A stretch of 64,000 bases of DNA, taken from assembly GCF_009914755.1 (NCBI RefSeq), contig NC_060930.1; one strand, 5' to 3'. Both the position numbers and the translations under genes were made by a program. Below the pieces are notes generated by a model. It did no database searches. It saw nothing but the letters and a program-made list of their open reading frames with translations, and was not told where the DNA came from. Source of the stretch: the human T2T-CHM13v2.0 reference genome, Homo sapiens. Below are positions 57,130 through 64,000 of this stretch, piece after piece (position 1 is the stretch's first letter; every line of letters begins with the position of its first letter).

Positions 57130-57487
57130 TAATATGGTGTGGCTGTGTCCCCACCCAAATCTCATCTTAAATTGTAACTCCCACAATTCCCACGTCATAA
57201 GAGGAACCCAGTGAGAGGTGCTTGAACTATGGGGGTGGGTTTTTCCTGCACTGTTCTCATGATAGTGAATGAGTCTCATGAGATCTGATCATTTTAAAAA
57301 GAGGAGTTCCCTGCAAACTCTCTTTTTGCCTGCCACCATCCATGTAAGACATGACTTGCTCCTTCGTGCCTCTCACCTTCCACCAGAAGTGTGAGGCCTC
57401 CCCAGCCGTGTGGAACTGTAAATCCAATAAACCTCTTTCTTTTGTAAATTGCTCAGTCTCGGGTATGTCTTTATCAGCAGACATACA
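57130..57487 (+). mobile_element. THE1A/B MaLR solo LTR
   Basis: 'atatggtgtggctgtgtccccacccaaatctcatctt' ... 'ccaataaacctctttc...ggtatgtctttatcagcag'; 5-bp TSD gacat/gatat. Confidence 0.93.
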
Positions 57488-57954
57488 GATATACCGGGAG
57501 CTGCTTTACAAAAATCACCAGTAGGCATGAAATTTCCAGTGGCTCAACACGTCCCACTATGACCAACCCTGGTGATAAGCTCAGTGTCTGACACAGTGGC
57601 TGCCACACCTGCTCGCTCTGAATTGTCATTTCCAACCCTGCCTCTTCATTCTCCAACCTGAACACCAGCATCATTCCACAAAGAAGGCCCTGTGTACACT
57701 CTGCCTTTTCCTTCTCTACAGTCAGTACTGGATCAATGTCCACATAGGCCCTATCCACAACCCAACAGCAATCTCCTGGTCCTACTTAAGAGCACATTCA
57801 CCTTCTAATTTCAGGATCTTCTTTCATAGTCTTGCCATACCTTTCGTGGCTCCAACGCTGTTCTTCGAAAAGAAAACTTCTTTGAGGCAGGAGAATACTC
57901 TGTCCCTTTTTAATGCTTGAATCGTAAGTTTAATACAGAAGGAAAGCCCTAGGA

Positions 57955-58670
57955 AGTAAATCATTGTAGCTGCTTTAAACATTTGAAGAGCCTACAGGTG
58001 GAACATTCCTTAGATTTCGTTTTTTTTTTTTTTTTTTAAATAACAAAACTAGAAGAATGGGTGGAAACATTTAGGTCAGATAACTTTCTCTCAAGCTCTT
58101 TAACAATGAAAACAGTTTTGTGAAAAGCAATGATTATTCCTTTACTCAAAGTGCTCTAGCAAAGTCAGATGACTACAAAGCAAGCATGTAAGAGTAATTA
58201 TCTTCTATAGGAGGGAATTGAGATTAGACGACTGCAAAGTTGATTCCTATTCTAATTATCTTCTATAGGAGGGAATTGAGATTAGACGACTGCAGAGTTG
58301 ATTCCTACTCTAATTACCTTCTATAGGAGGGAATTGAGATTAGACGACTGCAAAGTTGATTCCTATTCTAATTATCTTCTATAGGAGGGAATTGAGATTA
58401 GATGACTGCAAAGTTGATTCCTATTCTAATTATATTCTATAGGAGGGAATTGAGATTAGACAACTGCAAAGTTGATTCCTATTCTAATTATCTTCTATAG
58501 GAGGGAATTGAGATTAGACAACTGCAAAGTTGATTCCTATTCTAAGTATCTTATATCGGAGGGAATTGAGACTAGACAACTGCAAAGTTGATACCTATTC
58601 TAATTATCTTCTATAGGAGGGAATTGAGATTAGATGACTGCAAAGTTGATTCCTATTCTAAGATTATGGA
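57955..58670 (+). mobile_element. L3/CR1 LINE 3' fragment hosting the minisatellite
   Basis: 'aagtgctctagcaaagtcagatgactac...ggagggaattgagattagatgac...ttcctattctaagatt' parallels the remembered L3 3' end (...aagtgttcaagcagaggctggatgaccac...gggaggttggactagatgacc...ttccaactctgagattc). Confidence 0.65.
58195..58658. repeat. Minisatellite/VNTR, 8 x 58 bp
   Basis: Unit taattatcttctataggagggaattgagattagacgactgcaaagttgattcctattc starts at 58195, 58253, 58311, 58369, 58427, 58485, 58543 and 58601. Confidence 0.98.
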
Positions 58671-60401
58671 TAGGCCAAGGTATACAATGACTATTATATC
58701 ATTCATTATCATAGTCATTGTATACCTTGGCCTACCATTAATTTACTTCATGAAACATCTTAAACATCAAATAATAATAATAGTAATAAGAATAAAAATA
58801 TCTACTATGTGGCAGGCACTATGCTAAGCACCAAAGTATGGTCCCTGCCCCAAGGAAATGAATCTAATAAGGGAGCCCAGAACAGGGGGACCCAAATAAT
58901 CAAGACTTAATTTTTTGGTCATACTCCATTTATTTCATGAACTCTGTTTATGCAAAGTTTATATTTTTATGATAACATTGAACAATAGACATATTATGTC
59001 ATATTGGTTTATACTGACCTTTACCTAAAGTACTTTAAATAAAAATATCCTATTCAGAGACAAAGACAAAGAGCATGGTTCTCATTTGTTTGTAGCACAT
59101 TATGGGAGGAGTAGAGTTCATTTCTCCATGAGATACTACTGCTAGCTTTAAATTATGGCCATCTCTGAGTGTACGCTTATTAGCATGGCATTCTAAATTA
59201 ATATGAAATTCTGTATGCACAACTGAAGATTCATAACACATTAAAAAAAATAGGGTCATTCTGACACTAGACAGAAATATAATTCTTTGAAACTAGCCGT
59301 GGGAGAACCCGTAGTTCAATCATACCAACAAATGACTGAAGGGTTTTAATCATACTCAGAGATTCAAGTGGACCATGCCCAGTGCATGCCATAGACTCTG
59401 GCATCAGTGAGTATCGTGCCCTACAACAAACCCACTTGGCTAACTAGTCACTTTACAAATCATATTCTATGAGCATTTCCCTTTTAATTTTCATAATTTC
59501 CTTTTTCCCAGTACGCAATACTCTTCCATTTTCTTTTCAGCAAGGGAAAACTCCATGTTTCACTTCTAATCCAGTTCTAGAATCTTAATCCCCACTTTAG
59601 AAAACAGAGTCCAGTGAATTTTACTCTTTTCAGGGAAAGCCTGCAGAGTAAGTGTCAACTCTCCCTCAACCTTATAAGAAAACTAATGTGACTCAATGTG
59701 AGTGCTTTCAGCAAGAATCTGAGCTCAAGTTCCCCAGATTAAACTCTCAGTTTGGTTTCTTTCTCGCCGGGTGACCCAAGTAAAGTCAATTAACCTCTCC
59801 GTTTCCCACCCGGCTTTACTGATGCATTTACGCAGGTAGCTGGATATTCCCAGATGGAAGAGCATGCACGCATACATTCATAATGCAAACTCATATCACA
59901 GTACTGGTCTGTACTGGCTTGCCTCATTCTGAAGCAGTATTTTCAGGGAGACTCCCCTGCCCCGCACATTTTATCACTGTAAGATAAGATATTTGTTTCT
60001 TATAAAGCATCAACAAAGGATCTACTATGTAGGAAGAAAAGGCTACTAAATTCTATTTATGTTTCCCCAGTGAGATTTTTGAGCCATTCGCTTCTTAAGC
60101 ACATAAATTAACCCACTGCCCTACAGATGTAGTTTTTACTTCCACAAGTCTTGATAAAGCTCCTCAGTGCTCAAACGGATAATATGTCAGTTTCACTCTG
60201 CAGAGACTCAGGGAGGTACATCTATGTGTAGAAACAGGCACTGGAGAAAAGTAGCATTTCACACACAAAAACAGTTTCAAGGCTAGCCAAGTCTAGTACA
60301 GGCAAAGTGATACAAATAGGGCATAGAACAGCAGGGTTTCCACGCAGGAAAGAAACTGATGAGTTCAGGAAAGTGGGCTAAAACGGTGATGCATTTACAA
60401 A

Positions 60402-61150
60402 TGTGATAGTCGCTGATCATTGCCAACCCAACGTGCTTCTCACCCTCTGTCCTTGCTCATAGGAATCCGATTTTTTTTGGAGATGGAATGGGCCCAGACT
60501 AGGGGATAAAATAGGACTGGTCTAAGCCAATCATGGCAATTCTGTTTCCATGTGGCAAACACTTGCTTTTCAACATGCTTCGTTACTATCACTGGCCATA
60601 TGGCCCAGTTATAAATGATGAGCTGTAAGGAGAGGCCTATTAGGAGGCTTCTAAGAATTATCTTTTTCCATTTTGTTTATTTTTATGTATTTATTTATTT
60701 TTGAGACGGAGCCTCACTCTGTCACCCAAGCTGGAGTGCAATAGCGCCATCTTGGCTCACTGAAACCTCTGCCTCCTGGGTTCAAGTGATTCTCCTGCCT
60801 CAGCCTCCTGAGTAGCTGGGATTATAGGCACATGCCACCACAGCCAGCTAATTTTTGTATTTTTAGTAGAGACAGGTTTTCACCATGTTGGTGAGGCTCG
60901 TCTCGAACTCCTGACTTCAAGTGATCCACCGACCTCGGCCTCCCAAAGTGCTGGGATTACAGGTGTGAGCCACCGTGCCCGGCCAGAATTATCTGTTTTA
61001 TATAGAAGAGACAGGCACTGCTGTGTCCGTTGTTATCCTGCCTTGCACACAGAATTGATGCCTTGATGCTCTGTTCTATGCCATGAAGGACAGTGGCTAG
61101 TAAAGCTAGAAACAGCCCCGTCAGTGTGTGAGTCAACAAGAATGTCCTGA
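60402..61150 (+). mobile_element. Old MaLR LTR (MLT1K/L-like), split by Alu
   Basis: 'tggtctaagccaatcatggcaatt', 'ggccatatggcccagtt...gagctgtaaggaga...gaggcttct'. Confidence 0.6.
60664..60984 (-). mobile_element. AluS (Sz/Sx-like)
   Basis: Antisense dimer; perfect TSD agaattatct (60654-60663 and 60985-60994). Confidence 0.96.
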
Positions 61151-61685
61151 TGGGTTTATCTGCTGTGTGAGTGCCTGATCCCTGCCAGGAGACAGCATCA
61201 CGAACCAATAAACAAACCAACCAAGTTTTTAAACATGATACATACATGTAACTACAACGTAAAATGAAACAATAAGACATATGAAAAACGTTCTTTAGAG
61301 AACCTTATTTTTTCTTTTATGCTTTGTAGGTACTTTAGGTTGAGTTTTCTCAAACCCTTCTATGTAGTATCAAGAAATATTTCTCTTATAAATATTTTAA
61401 AAATGTATCATCCTGCACAATGAATAAGATTGTAGATCACTTAACCAATTTCCAATTATCTAAATTAATGACTGCATGTCACTACTAACTGACAGACTTT
61501 GTAAAACTTTTAATATCTTTTACATAAAAAGTAAGTAATACTGGCTTGGTGTACCTCATTGCCATAATGATATGCATATGTGAAATTAGAAAAAGCACTA
61601 TACAAATATCATAACAATTAAATATTTAGGTAAAGTCTGAGCTTAGCTCATGATTTATGGTAAGCATTCAATAAATTATAGGGAT

Positions 61686-61897
61686 TTTTTTTGTTTTTTG
61701 TTTTTTTAGATAAGGTCTCGCTCTGTCACTCAGGCTGGAATGTGGTGGCATGATCATGGCTCACTGCACCCTTGACTTTCCAGGCTCAATGGATCCACCT
61801 GCCTCGGTCTCCCAAGTTGTTGGGCCTACAGGCACATGCTACCATGCCCAGCTAATTTTTTTTTTTTTCTATTTTTTGTAGAAGCAGGTTCTCACTA
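61686..61897 (-). mobile_element. AluJ, 5'-truncated
   Basis: Right arm 'gatcatggctcactgc', the linker and the start of the left arm. Confidence 0.9.
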
Positions 61898-62968
61898 TAA
61901 TAGTAGTCACTCCTTATAGTATACATACAACAAAACCATGTACTTTGGAAGTAATGCAATAAGTAACATGTTTTAAAATATATACACATACTTTTTCAGA
62001 GTAATATGCTTTTAACTTCCTGCCCACAATTTTGAGAATTTCAAACTAGCAGCATGGGTCAAGCGCATGGCTGGGTATCAAAACAAAAACACTGAGACAC
62101 TCTACACAACAAAATGCAAAGCGACATCTGGTATGTTCCCATCTCTCCAGGGTCCTCATGATGCTGAGCTTTTGAGCATTCTAAAGGTACACTTGGGGAA
62201 CTTGCGTCTGCAAGACCGACTTCTTTTTCTGTCTCTCTTTTTCTTAAAGAGTAGTGAGTAAAATCATTACCAAACAAACAAAAAACAGTTATCATTACAG
62301 AGGGATCTCTATTAAAGAAGCAATGAAAGGCTAGCACTACTGTGGGCTGGATGAAAATAAATAGCTGGATTGAAAAGTCAATGAATTACCAACATTGACC
62401 CACATTTCTCTAGACTTTAATTAACTGACATCATCCCAATGAATAACATATGATAAATAAAATCTTAATACTAAAATACTAGGCAAAGGACAAAGGCTCT
62501 CAACGTACGCATTTCTGTGATACAGAAGAGTAACAACGAATTGGCTAAAATTGCCGGCAGCTCAGCTAGATACCATTTTACTTATTTCAGATCAATGCTG
62601 GGTTTCTCCCTCTTCGCCAAAGCTGAATGTGCATCACTCTGGCTTTTGCCCAGGTCCCCACATAGACTTTGATAAAATACTTACTCAGTCCACCTTCGGC
62701 TATCACTCCTCCCTGAACTCGTCTATCCCCTCCATCCTCTTCTTCTCTTAACTATGCCTCTGCTCCATGAGACCCTCAGCTAAACATTGGAGGAGTCTTT
62801 GAGAGCCATTCAAATGATCTGATGTTTTCCTAAAAATTAGTGTCTTTGAACAAATGAAGCTTTTGTGACCTATACATGTGTGTCCTATGGCCATTTGTAG
62901 GAGTTGGTTCTAGGAAGGCTGCTGAAAATCCATTCACCAAAGGCTGATTCACTGGCTGGCCAACTTAC

Positions 62969-63136
62969 CTAATCGTTTACTCAAAAGTTCTAAAATTTGA
63001 TTATTTATGAACTGCACAGTGTGGTCTTTGGTGTCCTGAGCTCTTCAGGTCCCCTCCTGGCCCCTCAGTGTACAACTGCCTGGAGCTGTTGCAGAAGGGA
63101 GCAGGGGCATAAACAATGAACATCCCTAAAATGCTC
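62969..63136 (-). other. Candidate non-coding exon (168 nt)
   Basis: Minus-strand acceptor 'cctcttctcttcctag|G' and donor 'TAG|gtaagt'; stops in all three frames. Confidence 0.3.
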
Positions 63137-63249
63137 CTAGGAAGAGAAGAGGTGTTCACCTATAACCTGAAAAGTCCTTGAAATTCAATATAAAATACAG
63201 AAGATCCTAAAAGCTGATTAAAAGAAACATATTTTTGGTAAACCAACAA

Positions 63250-63900
63250 ACAAAGAAAATGATTTGGAAAATGTTTTTTAAATCTGGAGTAACAGAAAAA
63301 CAACTAAAATAGAGATTAGAAAGAAATCGGTATAAGCCAAGAGTTCCCATATGGAATTTTGAAGTTTAGGTTATATTTATAACAATAGACGTACAAGTAT
63401 ATTAAAGAAGAAAACGTTCTTAAGAAGATGAATTCACCTGTATTTCATAACTTTCAACAAATTGATCATTCATTAAAATCTGCTAAGAAATTATTGACCA
63501 TTTTGAGAATAATCAAATACAGAATACAATAAAAATACTTGAATAAATTCCAAAAGAATGTTTCAAAACAATATTATTCCTTATATTAGTAAATGTGGTA
63601 AAAATCAGCAAAATAGTAAGTGAGAAAATTCAATGGTATCCATATGAGGTGTGTGTTGGTGGAAAAGAACATTTACGGGTTTGAAACCCAGGCATGAATT
63701 ATCAAAATGAGTCTCAAGAAAATGGCAGTAGCAGCATTTACTTACAATTTTAAATTCCTTCTACTGGCTGATACTGATGCCCTGAAATGGTTTCGATCAA
63801 CCGTCTTTAAGTAGACCCCTTTACATATATATTGTATACAGTATGCAAATTCTAAATGTAAACTATCAAGAATAATACATGTATAAAAAATAAATCATCA
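63250..63900 (+). mobile_element. Highly degraded L1M-like fragments
   Basis: A-rich, with 'tgagaaaattcaatggtatccatatg' L1-like motifs. Confidence 0.35.
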
Positions 63901-64000
63901 AAATTTTAAGTTCTTTATGGTAATCCTTTTTTATATGTTTATTTTTATATGTTTACTATGTTTTTTATATGTTTATTTTTACCTTAACCTGGCTCTTTTG

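Noticed and set aside
58195-58658. CRISPR-like array
   Set aside because: The units abut with no unique spacers, there are no cas genes, and the DNA is primate. It is a minisatellite.

Overview
AT-rich, non-coding primate (human-like) genomic DNA, either intronic or intergenic. It contains about 17 Alu copies or fragments (AluJ/S/Y), old L1M, L2 and L3/CR1 LINE pieces, many MIRs, about 10 solo LTRs (MaLR MST/THE1/MLT1, ERV1 MER51 and LTR27/28-like, ERVL MLT2A and LTR16-like) and DNA-transposon fossils (MER44, MER2, Tigger1, MER3). I found no credible protein-coding exon, rRNA, tRNA, CRISPR array or CpG island, and I could not identify the locus. The ORF-track entries look like chance or repeat-derived ORFs. 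Repeat families were recognised from remembered consensus sequences without alignment, so subfamily calls and the boundaries of old elements are approximate. I see no evidence for a new biological system. The most notable structures are: (1) an 8 x 58-bp minisatellite built from the 3' terminus of an ancient L3/CR1 LINE; (2) head-to-head Alus 28 bp apart that share private variants within a perfect 38-bp inverted repeat; (3) a 20-bp Alu remnant with an intact target-site duplication (TSD); (4) a dispersed 58-bp duplication whose copies differ only by A/G; (5) repeated full-partial-full micro-duplications; (6) a three-level nested transposon stack; and (7) a few well-bounded non-coding exon candidates.
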